Shown: positions 17,620 to 26,286, counted from the stretch's first letter. The stretch: DNA of 64,000 nt from Falsiroseomonas sp. (GCF_051859025.1 NZ_JBHYGL010000041.1:76960-140959); one strand, 5' to 3'. The notes: generated from the sequence alone by a model not told the origin. Made by a program: numbers and translations.

Positions 17620-18750
17620 ATGCGGCGCGTCGCGATGACCGCGCGGCCCGACCTGCGGGAACACGCCAGGCGGCTCGGCTTCGCCTTCGCGGAGATCGCG
17701 GGCGAAGCCTATTGGGACGAGACCGCCTGCTACCGCTTCGACACCGCGGGCATCGACACGCTGGACGATGCGACGGTGGAGATCGAGGCGCGGTGCCGGG
17801 AGGCGGTGGACTACGCCGTGCGGCACGGGATGCATGGGCCGCTCGGCATCCCAGCCGGCGCCTGGCCGCTGGTGGAGAAATCCTGGGAGAAGCGGGAGCC
17901 CTCGCTCTACGGGCGGCTCGACCTGCGCTGGGACGGCTCCGGGGCGCCGAAGCTGCTGGAATACAACGCCGACACGCCGACCGCGCTGTTCGAGGCGAGC
18001 GTCATCCAGTGGGAATGGCTGCAATGCCTCAGCGAGGGCGATCCGCACCCGGCGGACCAGTTCAATTCGATCCATGAGGCGCTGATCGCCGCCTGGCCGA
18101 CCCTGAACATGCCGCCCCGGGTGCATTTCGCCTGCGTGCGGGACCATGCGGAGGATCGCGGCACGGTCGACTACCTCCGCGACACCGCCATCCAGGCGGG
18201 GATCGAGGCGCCCTTCCTGTTCATGGACGAGATCGGCTGGGGCCGCGGCCGCTTCCGGGACATGGAGGAGCGGGAGATCGCCGCGATCTTCAAGCTCTAC
18301 CCCTGGGACTGGCTGCTGGCGGAACCCTTCGCCGCCAACATAGCCACCGCGCCGACGCGCTGGATCGAGCCCTGCTGGCGCCTCATCCCCGCCTCCAAGG
18401 CGTTTCTTTCGCTGCTCTGGTATCTGTTCCCGGACCACCCGAACCTGCTGCCGGCTTTTCTCGAACCCGGAAAGACGGGCAAGCCGGAACTGTCCAAGCC
18501 GATCTGGGGGCGGGAGGGCGCCAATGTCAGCGCCCCGGGGATCGAGACGCCAGGCCCCTACGCCGCGCAGCCGCGGGTCTGGCAGGAATATGCGGAGCTT
18601 CCCTGCTTCGATGGCCGCTACCCCGTGATCGGGTCCTGGATCATCGCCGGGCGCGCCTGCGGGATCGGCATCCGGGAGGATGCGACGCCCATCACGCGGG
18701 ACAGCAGCCGCTTCGTGCCGCACCTCTTCGAGGGAGTGACCCCATCGTGA
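17620..18750 (+). CDS. Glutathionylspermidine synthase-like ATP-grasp protein (YjfC-like; no amidase domain)
   Basis: 376 aa from MRRVAMTARPDLREHARRLGF. Conserved GRLDLRWDG..PKLLEYNADTPTALFEASVIQWEW and LKPIWGREGANV-type blocks. The track ORF start at 17422 lies inside the preceding gene and is rejected. Confidence 0.85.
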   Translation: MRRVAMTARPDLREHARRLGFAFAEIAGEAYWDETACYRFDTAGIDTLDDATVEIEARCREAVDYAVRHGMHGPLGIPAGAWPLVEKSWEKREPSLYGRLDLRWDGSGAPKLLEYNADTPTALFEASVIQWEWLQCLSEGDPHPADQFNSIHEALIAAWPTLNMPPRVHFACVRDHAEDRGTVDYLRDTAIQAGIEAPFLFMDEIGWGRGRFRDMEEREIAAIFKLYPWDWLLAEPFAANIATAPTRWIEPCWRLIPASKAFLSLLWYLFPDHPNLLPAFLEPGKTGKPELSKPIWGREGANVSAPGIETPGPYAAQPRVWQEYAELPCFDGRYPVIGSWIIAGRACGIGIREDATPITRDSSRFVPHLFEGVTPS

Positions 18751-19148
18751 CCAGCCTCGCCACCCTGCCCGGCTTCCTGATCTACTTCATCGTCGGCATC
18801 GCGCTGCTGTCGGGGGCGATGGCGGTCTATCTGCGCGTCACGCCCCATGCCGAGCTGGCGCTGATCCGCGCGGGGAATGAGGGCGCGGCCATCGGCTTCG
18901 CCGGCGCGATGATCGGCTTCGCCCTGCCCATCGCCAGCGCCTTCGCGCATAGCGTGAACATCCTGGATGCCGCGGTCTGGGCGCTGGTGGCGCTGGTGGT
19001 GCAGACGCTGGCCTTCTTCGCCGCGGTCAGGCTGCTGGGCAGCGGCTGGCGCGAGTCGATGGAAAAGGGGGGGCGTGCCGGGTCCGTGCTGAAGGCGGCG
19101 GTGGCCATCGCGGTCGGGATGCTGAACGCGGCGTGTTTGAGCACGTAG
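18747..19148 (+). CDS. DUF350 domain-containing membrane protein (YjfL-like)
   Basis: 133 aa with 4 TM segments. GTGA overlap with the upstream ATP-grasp gene. Confidence 0.8.
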   Translation: MTSLATLPGFLIYFIVGIALLSGAMAVYLRVTPHAELALIRAGNEGAAIGFAGAMIGFALPIASAFAHSVNILDAAVWALVALVVQTLAFFAAVRLLGSGWRESMEKGGRAGSVLKAAVAIAVGMLNAACLST

Positions 19149-19149
19149 C

Positions 19150-21162
19150 TTGAGGGCCTGGTTCGCCTGCACCGGGGCGGAGCTTCTGGCGCGCGACCCG
19201 CGCGACACGATCGGGCGCCTGGCCGCCGCCCAACAATCCCGCGGCTACGCCGGCAGCGTGGACCAGGACTACGCCTGGCAGCAGCAGATCCATGCCCTGG
19301 CGGTGGCGATCGCGGAGGCGGGCGGCCAAGCCTGGACCATCGCGCTGGAATACGACCTGCTGCGGCTGGAAAAGCGCATCGACGCCGTGGTGCTGACCGA
19401 CCGCGCGATCATAGCGATGGAGTTCAAGACCGCCGCCGCGTCGAACGCGACCCTGGCAGAGGCCGAGGATTACGCGCTGGATCTGCGCGACTTCCACGCC
19501 GGCAGTCGCAAGCATCCCATCGTGCCGCTGCTGGTGGCGGGCACCGGCGGCTTCGCCCCGCCCGTCCAGCCACCGCTGATCTGGCACGGCGTGACGCAGC
19601 CCATCGCCTGCGGCAGCGCGGGGCTCGGCGCGCTTCTGCGATGGGTGCAGTCCGCTGCACCGGAAGCCACGACACCCCTGGATGGGGCGGCATGGCTCGA
19701 CGCCCCCTATCGCCCCGTGCCGACCATCGTGGAGGCCGCGACGCTGCTCTATGCCCGCAATGGGGTGCGGGAGATCGCCACGGCGCGGGCGGACGCCGCC
19801 AACCTGACGCGCACCGCGCAGGCGATCCGCGACGCGGTGGCGCTGGCGCAGCGGGATGCCGCGAAGATCGTCGTCTTCGTCACCGGCATCCCCGGCGCGG
19901 GCAAGACGCTCTGCGGCCTCAACGCCATCTTCGGCGAGGCGCGGATGGATGGCGCCGCCTTCCTGACCGGCAATGCGCCGCTGGTCACGGTGCTGCGCGC
20001 CGCCCTGGCGCGGGATGCGGTGGCGCGTGGCGACTGCAAGCGGCCGGAAGCCGAGCGCCGCGTGAAGGCCGCGCTGCAGAACGTGCACCGTTTCCTGGAG
20101 GATAATGCCCGGCCCGGACTGGTGGCGCCGCCACCCGAGCGCCTGATCGTCTTCGACGAGGCGCAGCGCGCCTGGAACGAAGCCAAGGCCGTGCTGGGCA
20201 CGCGCAACAAGCCATCCACCCTGACGATGAGCGAGCCCGCCCACACGCTGGACATCATGGGTCGCCATGCCGGCTGGGCCGTGATCGTCGCGCTGATCGG
20301 CAATGGGCAGGAGATCAATACCGGGGAGGCAGGGTTGGCGGAGTGGGGTCGCGTGATCGCCGCCGATCCACGCTGGTGGGCCGTGGCGGCGCCGCGTGCC
20401 GTGCAGGCGGCGGAACCGGCGCAACGCCTCGGCGCGGCGGACGCTCCCTGGCTGCGGATCGATCCCGCGCTCGACCTGGCGACACCGATCCGCAGCGTAC
20501 GGGAAAGCGCCGGCGCCGCATGGGTGGATGCGGTGCTGCGCGGCGCGGTGGCGGAGGCGCGGGACATCGCCGCGGGCTGCGCCGCCCTGCCCTTTCTCCT
20601 CACGCGGGACCTGGATGCGATGCGGGGCGAACTGCGCCGCCTGGCGCGCGGGCAGCGCCGCGCGGGGCTTCTCGCCGCCGCCGGTGCCAAGCGGCTTCGG
20701 GCGGAGGGACTCGGCGTGCAGGTGGAGGATGTGGCGGATTGGTTCCTCCGCCGCTGGCCGGACATCCGCGCCTCCGACGCGCTGGAGACGATCGCGACGG
20801 AGTATGATTGCCAGGGGCTGGAACTGGATGTGGCGGGGCTCGCCTGGGGTGGCGACTTCATCCGGGGGGATGCTGGCTGGCAGGCCAGGCGCTTCATTGG
20901 CGTGGCCTGGCAGCGGGACCTCAAGGAATTCGACTTCGTCCGCAACACCTACCGCGTGCTGCTGACCCGCGCGCGGTACGAGACGGTGATCTGGGTGCCC
21001 CGCGGCAGCGTGGCCGCCACGCCCTTCCACGACCCGACGCGCGATGCCGCGACCTATGACGCCATCGCCGCTTTCCTCGAAGCCTGCGGCGCGCGACCGC
21101 TGGCCCACCCCCTGGCCGCCCACGCCACCCAGCAGGACGAAGCGCCCACCCTGCTGCTATAG
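19150..21162 (+). CDS. DUF2075/COG3410 protein: N-terminal PD-(D/E)xK-like module + P-loop ATPase (Schlafen-helicase-like core)
   Basis: 670 aa with a TTG start 1 nt after the DUF350 stop. Nuclease-like motif EYDLLRLEKRIDAVVL...IIAMEFK. Walker A VTGIPGAGKTL (about 19885-19908). Walker B LIVFDEAQRAW (about 20150-20166). Confidence 0.8.
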   Translation: MRAWFACTGAELLARDPRDTIGRLAAAQQSRGYAGSVDQDYAWQQQIHALAVAIAEAGGQAWTIALEYDLLRLEKRIDAVVLTDRAIIAMEFKTAAASNATLAEAEDYALDLRDFHAGSRKHPIVPLLVAGTGGFAPPVQPPLIWHGVTQPIACGSAGLGALLRWVQSAAPEATTPLDGAAWLDAPYRPVPTIVEAATLLYARNGVREIATARADAANLTRTAQAIRDAVALAQRDAAKIVVFVTGIPGAGKTLCGLNAIFGEARMDGAAFLTGNAPLVTVLRAALARDAVARGDCKRPEAERRVKAALQNVHRFLEDNARPGLVAPPPERLIVFDEAQRAWNEAKAVLGTRNKPSTLTMSEPAHTLDIMGRHAGWAVIVALIGNGQEINTGEAGLAEWGRVIAADPRWWAVAAPRAVQAAEPAQRLGAADAPWLRIDPALDLATPIRSVRESAGAAWVDAVLRGAVAEARDIAAGCAALPFLLTRDLDAMRGELRRLARGQRRAGLLAAAGAKRLRAEGLGVQVEDVADWFLRRWPDIRASDALETIATEYDCQGLELDVAGLAWGGDFIRGDAGWQARRFIGVAWQRDLKEFDFVRNTYRVLLTRARYETVIWVPRGSVAATPFHDPTRDAATYDAIAAFLEACGARPLAHPLAAHATQQDEAPTLLL

Positions 21163-21170
21163 CCGCCGGC

Positions 21171-22040
21171 ATGCGCGCATTCCTCCTCGCCCTCCTCCTC
21201 CTCGCCACCCCCGCCGCGGCGCAGACGGAGATCAAGCTCGCCACCTGGAACATCGCCTGGCTGACGCTGAAGCCCGCCGGGCATGCCGACCTGCCGCGCG
21301 ACCTGCGCGCGCGGGAGCCCGGGGACTGGACCCTGCTGCGCGGCTACGCCCAGCGCCTGGCGGCCGATGTGATCGCGCTTCAGGAGATCGATGGCGAACA
21401 GGCCGCCGCGCGGGTCTTCGACCCCGCCACCTACGCGATCCATCTGACGGATGAGGATGACGTCCAGCGCCCGGGCTTCGCGGTGCGCCGCACGCTACGC
21501 GTGATCCCGCAGCGCGACCTGGCGGCGCTCGACCTCCGCGCCGGGGCGCGGCGCAGCCTGCGGCGCGGCGCGGACATCATCGTGGAGGCGCCGAACGGCG
21601 CGCGCATCCGCCTGCTGTCCGTCCATCTCGATGCCGGATGCCGGGAGGATCCCTTCGGCGCCGGCGCCTCCCGCGATTGCCAGGGGCTGCAGCGCCAGGC
21701 CGAGATCATCGCCCAATGGGCGGAGGCACGGCGGCGGGAGGGCATGGCCTTCGCCATCCTCGGCGACTTCAACCGGCGCATGGGCGCGGGCGACGACTTC
21801 CTCCGCATCATCGAGGAAGCGGCGCCGGTGACGCGGCCGACCGAGGGCCTCTCCTCCCCCTGCTGGGCGGATTCGAGGGGCGGGCGGCCCTTCATCAGCC
21901 ATCTCCTGCTGGGCGGCGCCGCGCGGGAATGGGCGGTGCCGCGCAGCCTGTCGGTCCTGACCTATGCCGAGCGCGACCGCAGCTATCGCGACCGCCTGTC
22001 CGATCATTGCCCCGTTTCGGTGCGCATGCGGCTGCCGTAG
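21171..22040 (+). CDS. Endonuclease/exonuclease/phosphatase (EEP) family protein, secreted
   Basis: 289 aa. Signal peptide MRAFLLALLLLATPAAAQ. EEP N-terminal KLATWNIAW and C-terminal SDHCPV motifs. Starts 8 nt after the DUF2075 gene. Confidence 0.8.
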   Translation: MRAFLLALLLLATPAAAQTEIKLATWNIAWLTLKPAGHADLPRDLRAREPGDWTLLRGYAQRLAADVIALQEIDGEQAAARVFDPATYAIHLTDEDDVQRPGFAVRRTLRVIPQRDLAALDLRAGARRSLRRGADIIVEAPNGARIRLLSVHLDAGCREDPFGAGASRDCQGLQRQAEIIAQWAEARRREGMAFAILGDFNRRMGAGDDFLRIIEEAAPVTRPTEGLSSPCWADSRGGRPFISHLLLGGAAREWAVPRSLSVLTYAERDRSYRDRLSDHCPVSVRMRLP

Positions 22041-22067
22041 CGGCGAAAGCCGTGCCACCATCGCGGT

Positions 22068-23303
22068 ATGCGCCAGTTTGCCCGGCTTACCCTCCCGCTC
22101 GCCGGGCTCAACTTCGTCAACCAGGCCTCGCGGACCATGATCGCGGTGGTCGGGCCGCTGCTGGCGCTGGAATTCGGCCTGAGTGCCAGTGAACTCGGCC
22201 TGCTGGCCGCGGTGTTCTTCGCGGGATACGGCCTGGCGCAATTGCCGGTGGGGCTGGCGATCGACCTCTGGGGATCGCGGCGCGTTCAGACGGTGCTGGG
22301 CATCATCGCGGCGCTGGGCTTCGTGATCTGCGCGGTGGCGCCGGGCCCGGCCTGGCTGGCGGTGGGGCGGGCAGTGACGGGGCTTGGCGTCTCGGCCGGG
22401 CTGATCGCCATGCTGAAGATCAACACGCAATGGTACCCGAAGGACCGGGTGGCGGGGATGACGGGGCTCGGCATCTTCGTCGGCTCCTGCGGCAGCGTCG
22501 CCGCCACCGTGCCGGTCGCGCTGCTGGTGCCGGAGATCGGCTGGCGCGGCGTCTTCGTGGTGCTGTCGCTGCTGACAGTGGTGGTCGCGGGGTGGATCTG
22601 GACCAGCGTGCCGGATGGGGGGCCCGATCGGGGCCCCGGCGCCGCGCCGCCGCCGCGCCGGTCCTTTGGGCGGGAGATCGGGGAGTTCGGGAAGATCTTC
22701 GCCCATCCCGCCTTCCTGCGCTTCGCTCCCGCCATCGCGCTGCTGTCGGCGCTGAACTTCACCTATCAGGGCCTGTGGGCCGGGCCCTGGCTGCGGGACG
22801 TGGCGCTGATGGATGACGGCGCGCGGGCGCTGCTGCTGCTGGCCTATTCGGCGGGGCTGATGGTGGGCAGTGCGGGCACCGGCCAGGCGGCATCCTTCCT
22901 GCAACGCCGCGGCGCCGGGCCGATGCTGGTGCCGCTGGTGGCGATGGGCATCATCGCGGCGGTGCAGCTGCTGCTGATCTTCCTGCCCTGGCGCGATCCC
23001 GTGACGCTGGGGGTACTGTGGTTCACCTTCGCGCTCGCGGCCTCCGCCGGCCCTTCCGGCTATGCCGCCATCGGGCAGCGCTTCGGGCCGGAACTGGCGG
23101 GGCGGGTGGCCACCGCGATCAATGCGTCGATGCTTGGCCTGGTCTTCCTGTTGCAGAATGCCATCGGATGGATCCTGGACCTGTGGCCGCGCGTTGCGAC
23201 CGGCGGCTGGGACCCCGCCGGCTACGGCTGGGCGCTCGGCATGACGGTGGCGCTGCAGGTGCTGACGATGCTGTGGATGCTGACGCCCGGGCGACGCGGC
23301 TGA
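22068..23303 (+). CDS. MFS transporter
   Basis: 411 aa with about 12 TM segments and an MFS loop motif (GLAIDLWGSRR). Confidence 0.85.
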   Translation: MRQFARLTLPLAGLNFVNQASRTMIAVVGPLLALEFGLSASELGLLAAVFFAGYGLAQLPVGLAIDLWGSRRVQTVLGIIAALGFVICAVAPGPAWLAVGRAVTGLGVSAGLIAMLKINTQWYPKDRVAGMTGLGIFVGSCGSVAATVPVALLVPEIGWRGVFVVLSLLTVVVAGWIWTSVPDGGPDRGPGAAPPPRRSFGREIGEFGKIFAHPAFLRFAPAIALLSALNFTYQGLWAGPWLRDVALMDDGARALLLLAYSAGLMVGSAGTGQAASFLQRRGAGPMLVPLVAMGIIAAVQLLLIFLPWRDPVTLGVLWFTFALAASAGPSGYAAIGQRFGPELAGRVATAINASMLGLVFLLQNAIGWILDLWPRVATGGWDPAGYGWALGMTVALQVLTMLWMLTPGRRG

Positions 23304-23319
23304 GACGGGAGACACGCGA

Positions 23320-24198
23320 TTGGAAAAGCGGATCGAGAAGCTGCTGTCCCGCTACCGGGTCGAAGGCGGCAAGTTCCGCCTGAAGGATTTCGACCCCGCC
23401 GATACCGGCGGCCTCGACCTGAAGAAAGAGGAAGCCTCCGCGCTGCTGAAGGAGGGCGTGGATGCGCTCTCCGCCCACCAGGACATGCTCTACGCGCAGG
23501 ATCGCTGGTCCGTGCTGTGCATCTTCCAGGCGATGGATGCCGCGGGGAAGGATGGCGCGATCAAGCACGTCTTTTCCGGCGTGAACCCGCAGGGATGCCA
23601 TGTCGTCTCCTTCAAGGCGCCGACCTCGACGGAGCTCGACCACGATTTTCTCTGGCGGCATTCCACCGCCCTGCCCTCCCGCGGCCAGATCGGCATCCAC
23701 AATCGCAGTTGGTACGAGGAAGTGCTGGTGGCGCGGGTCCATCCCACCATCCTGGAACACCAGAAGCTGCCGCCACGCCTGGTCGGCAAGAATATCTGGG
23801 ATGAGCGGCTGGAGGATATCGCGGCCTATGAACGCTACCTCGGCCGGCAGGGGACGGTGGTGCTGAAGTTCTTCCTGCACATCAGCCCGGAGGAGCAGAA
23901 GCGCCGCTTCCTGTCCCGCATCGAGGAGCCGGAGAAGAACTGGAAATTCAGCGCGGCCGATGTGCAGGAACGCCAGCATTGGGACGCCTACCAGGACGCC
24001 TATGAGCGCGCGATCCGCGCCACCGCGACGAAGGAGGCGCCGTGGTATGTGGTGCCGGCGGACCGGAAGTGGTTCACACGCCTGGTCGTCGTCGCCGCCA
24101 TCGGGCGGGCGATGGAGGGCCTCGGCCTGCACTACCCCGTGGTGACGGAGGCGCAGCGCGCGGCGCTGGCCAAGGCGCAGGAGGACCTCGGCCCCTGA
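23320..24198 (+). CDS. Polyphosphate kinase 2 family protein
   Basis: 292 aa with a TTG start. PPK2 Walker-like motif FQAMDAAGKDGAIKHV, plus RSWYEEVLV and WYVVPADRKW blocks. Confidence 0.9.
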   Translation: MEKRIEKLLSRYRVEGGKFRLKDFDPADTGGLDLKKEEASALLKEGVDALSAHQDMLYAQDRWSVLCIFQAMDAAGKDGAIKHVFSGVNPQGCHVVSFKAPTSTELDHDFLWRHSTALPSRGQIGIHNRSWYEEVLVARVHPTILEHQKLPPRLVGKNIWDERLEDIAAYERYLGRQGTVVLKFFLHISPEEQKRRFLSRIEEPEKNWKFSAADVQERQHWDAYQDAYERAIRATATKEAPWYVVPADRKWFTRLVVVAAIGRAMEGLGLHYPVVTEAQRAALAKAQEDLGP

Positions 24199-25031
24199 GG
24201 CGCGCCCTGCTTCTCCTGCCATTGCTGGCGGCCGCCTGTTCGCCGGCGCGGATCGCGGGGGCGCTGACGCCGCGTGGTGGGACCGAGACGCGGGCCGGCC
24301 TGGCCTACGGCCCCCTGCCCCACCAGCGCCTGGACCTGGTGCTGCCGGAGCAGGTGACGGCGCGAACACCGCTGGTGGTGTTCTTCTACGGTGGCGGCTG
24401 GGCCAGCGGCGGGCGGGCCGACTATGCCTTCCTGGCGCGGACGCTGGCGGCCCAGGGTATCGCGGTGGCCGTGCCGGATTACCTTCTATGGCCCGCGGGG
24501 CGCTGGCCGGACTTCGTCGAGGATGGCGCGCGGGCCGTCGCCTGGCTGCAAGCCGAGATGCCGGACAGGCCGCTGTTCACCATGGGCCATTCCGCCGGCG
24601 GCTTCATCGCGGCGGCTTTGGCGCTGGACCCGCGCTGGCTGGAGGCGGCCGGTTCATCCCGCGCCGTGCTGGCCGGCGGCGTGCTGCTGGCCGCGCCCAT
24701 CGCCTGGCAGCCGGATGAGGAACCGACGATCAGCATTTTCGCGAATGCCCCCGGCGGCCGGATCGCGGCCGTGGCGCGGCCAGCGGATCTGGCCGGCGCG
24801 CCGCCGATGCTGCTGCTGCATGGGGCGGATGACAGGGTGGTGGGGCCGTTCCATTCCGTGGATCTGGCGCGCGACCTGCGTGCGGCGGGAAGGCCGGTGA
24901 CGCTGCTTGTCTATCCGGGCGTCGAGCATGTGGGCGTGCTGTCGGCCATGGCCGCGCCGGTGCGGGCGCTGGGCCTGGCGAAGGCGCCGGTGTTCGAGGC
25001 GGTGGTGGGGTTTCTCCAGCCGTCAGGCTGA
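24195..25031 (+). CDS. Alpha/beta hydrolase (esterase/lipase-like), exported; start codon uncertain
   Basis: HGGG-type oxyanion motif VVFFYGGGW. Nucleophile elbow GHSAGG. LLLHGADD and a C-terminal His. The signal-like LRRALLLLPLLAAAC begins at a CTG overlapping the PPK2 stop (CTGA). No ATG/GTG/TTG lies just upstream, so the start is unresolved. Confidence 0.7.
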   Translation: MRRALLLLPLLAAACSPARIAGALTPRGGTETRAGLAYGPLPHQRLDLVLPEQVTARTPLVVFFYGGGWASGGRADYAFLARTLAAQGIAVAVPDYLLWPAGRWPDFVEDGARAVAWLQAEMPDRPLFTMGHSAGGFIAAALALDPRWLEAAGSSRAVLAGGVLLAAPIAWQPDEEPTISIFANAPGGRIAAVARPADLAGAPPMLLLHGADDRVVGPFHSVDLARDLRAAGRPVTLLVYPGVEHVGVLSAMAAPVRALGLAKAPVFEAVVGFLQPSG

Positions 25032-25499
25032 GGGTGGCAGCAGGCCGAACTCTCGCCCGAAGGCTTCGAAAGCCGCGGGCAGTTCGGCGAGGAGGCGGCG
25101 GGCCGCATCCACCGAAGGGGCGGCGCGGTCCATGTCGAACTCGGCGTAGGAATGCATGGCCCGGTGGCGGAACAGCCGCAATTCGCGCAGTGGGCCGGCG
25201 AGCCCCGGGGCAAAGGCCGGTCGATGGTCGCTCGCCCGGCGGATCATCTGGAGCAGGTGGTCATGCCAATGTTCGCCGGTTGGCCGGGGTTCCGCCGCGA
25301 GACCCAGGATGTAGATGGCGGCCTGTTCGAAGGTCGAATAGGCGTCCTGCAGGCTCTTCTGGAATGCCTTCTGCTGGACGAGGGCGGCGCGACCTGGCGC
25401 CATGCGGGCGTGAGTCTCCCAGGTCTCGATAGCCAGGTCGAGATCGGCCAGAATCATGTCGCAATAGGCTTCCAGCGGGAACCAGCGGGAGTCAGCCAC
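25023..25499 (-). CDS. HEPN/DUF86-like protein (HepT-type toxin candidate)
   Basis: 158 aa. R-x4-H-x-Y motif (LFRHRAMHSY) near the C-terminal third. 8-nt overlap with the upstream nucleotidyltransferase gene. Confidence 0.7.
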   Translation of the reverse strand: MADSRWFPLEAYCDMILADLDLAIETWETHARMAPGRAALVQQKAFQKSLQDAYSTFEQAAIYILGLAAEPRPTGEHWHDHLLQMIRRASDHRPAFAPGLAGPLRELRLFRHRAMHSYAEFDMDRAAPSVDAARRLLAELPAAFEAFGREFGLLPPSA

Positions 25500-25815
25500 A
25501 GCGGACCCCCTCTGCCTCTGCCGCTTTGCGAATGAAGTTGGCCAGATCCTCCCACAGCATCACATCCCCCCGCAGCCGCAACGCCCGGCAGGCTTCGTAG
25601 GCCGCGCTCTCGGCCTCCGCCCAGTCCCGCCCGGCGCCCACGATGGCGATGTCCGCGTCACTCCCCCGCCGCGCTGTACCGCGGGCCAGCGAGCCGAACA
25701 GGATGTAGTGCCAGGGCTTCCCCTGCGCCGCCGCCGTCAGCGCCGCGATCAGCGGCACGCGGGCGGCGGCGAGGTGGGCGGCCTCGGCACGGTCAATGTC
25801 CTGGATGGTCGGCAT
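25492..25815 (-). CDS. Minimal nucleotidyltransferase (MNT/MntA-type antitoxin candidate)
   Basis: 107 aa. Pol-beta-fold NTase signature FGSLARGTARRGSDADIAI (GS...DxD). Confidence 0.8.
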   Translation of the reverse strand: MPTIQDIDRAEAAHLAAARVPLIAALTAAAQGKPWHYILFGSLARGTARRGSDADIAIVGAGRDWAEAESAAYEACRALRLRGDVMLWEDLANFIRKAAEAEGVRCG

Positions 25816-25842
25816 GGCGGGGCCACCCTATCACATCGGCGG

Positions 25843-26202
25843 TCAGCCCTGCCCGGCGCCGTCCATCGCATCCAGCACATGCAGCGAATAGGTCAGCGCG
25901 GCGCCGGCGTTCAGCGCGACGGCGACGCCCAGCGCCTCCGCGATCTCCTCCTTCGTCGCGCCGAGTGCCTTGGCCTTGCGGACATGGGCATCGATGCAGC
26001 CCTGGCAGCGCGTGGTGACGGCGACGGCGAGGGCGATGAATTCCCGCGTCTTGGCGTCGATATGCTTGGTGGAGGAGGCACCGCGGCTCAGCGCGCCGAA
26101 CCCTTTCATGAGCTCGGGATGGATCTGGCCGAGTTCCTTGCCGCGCTCGCGCAGCGCGCCGCTGTATTCGTCCCAATCGGTCACGCGGGTATCGGTGGTC
26201 AT
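25843..26202 (-). CDS. Carboxymuconolactone decarboxylase (AhpD-like) family protein
   Basis: 119 aa. CxxC motif in VTTRCQGCIDAHV, typical of AhpD/CMD-fold proteins. Confidence 0.85.
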   Translation of the reverse strand: MTTDTRVTDWDEYSGALRERGKELGQIHPELMKGFGALSRGASSTKHIDAKTREFIALAVAVTTRCQGCIDAHVRKAKALGATKEEIAEALGVAVALNAGAALTYSLHVLDAMDGAGQG

Positions 26203-26222
26203 GGCTCTCTCTCCCAGACAGG

Positions 26223-26255
26223 CAAAAGGCGCCTCCGGTCAACCGGAGACGCCTT
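26223..26255 (-). terminator. Candidate terminator after clpA
   Basis: 13-bp stem with one mismatch (aaggcgcctccgg / ccggagacgcctt) and a 4-nt loop. Followed by TTTTG on the minus strand. Sits 32 nt after the clpA stop. Confidence 0.45.
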
Positions 26256-26286
26256 CGCATCTTAGACCGCGACAGCCGAGAAAAGG

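Noticed and set aside
19027-21123. 698-aa and 399-aa minus-strand ORFs opposite the DUF2075 gene
   Set aside because: The plus-strand frame has clear Walker A/B and nuclease motifs. The antisense frames are Arg/Gly/Pro/Ala-rich without motifs.
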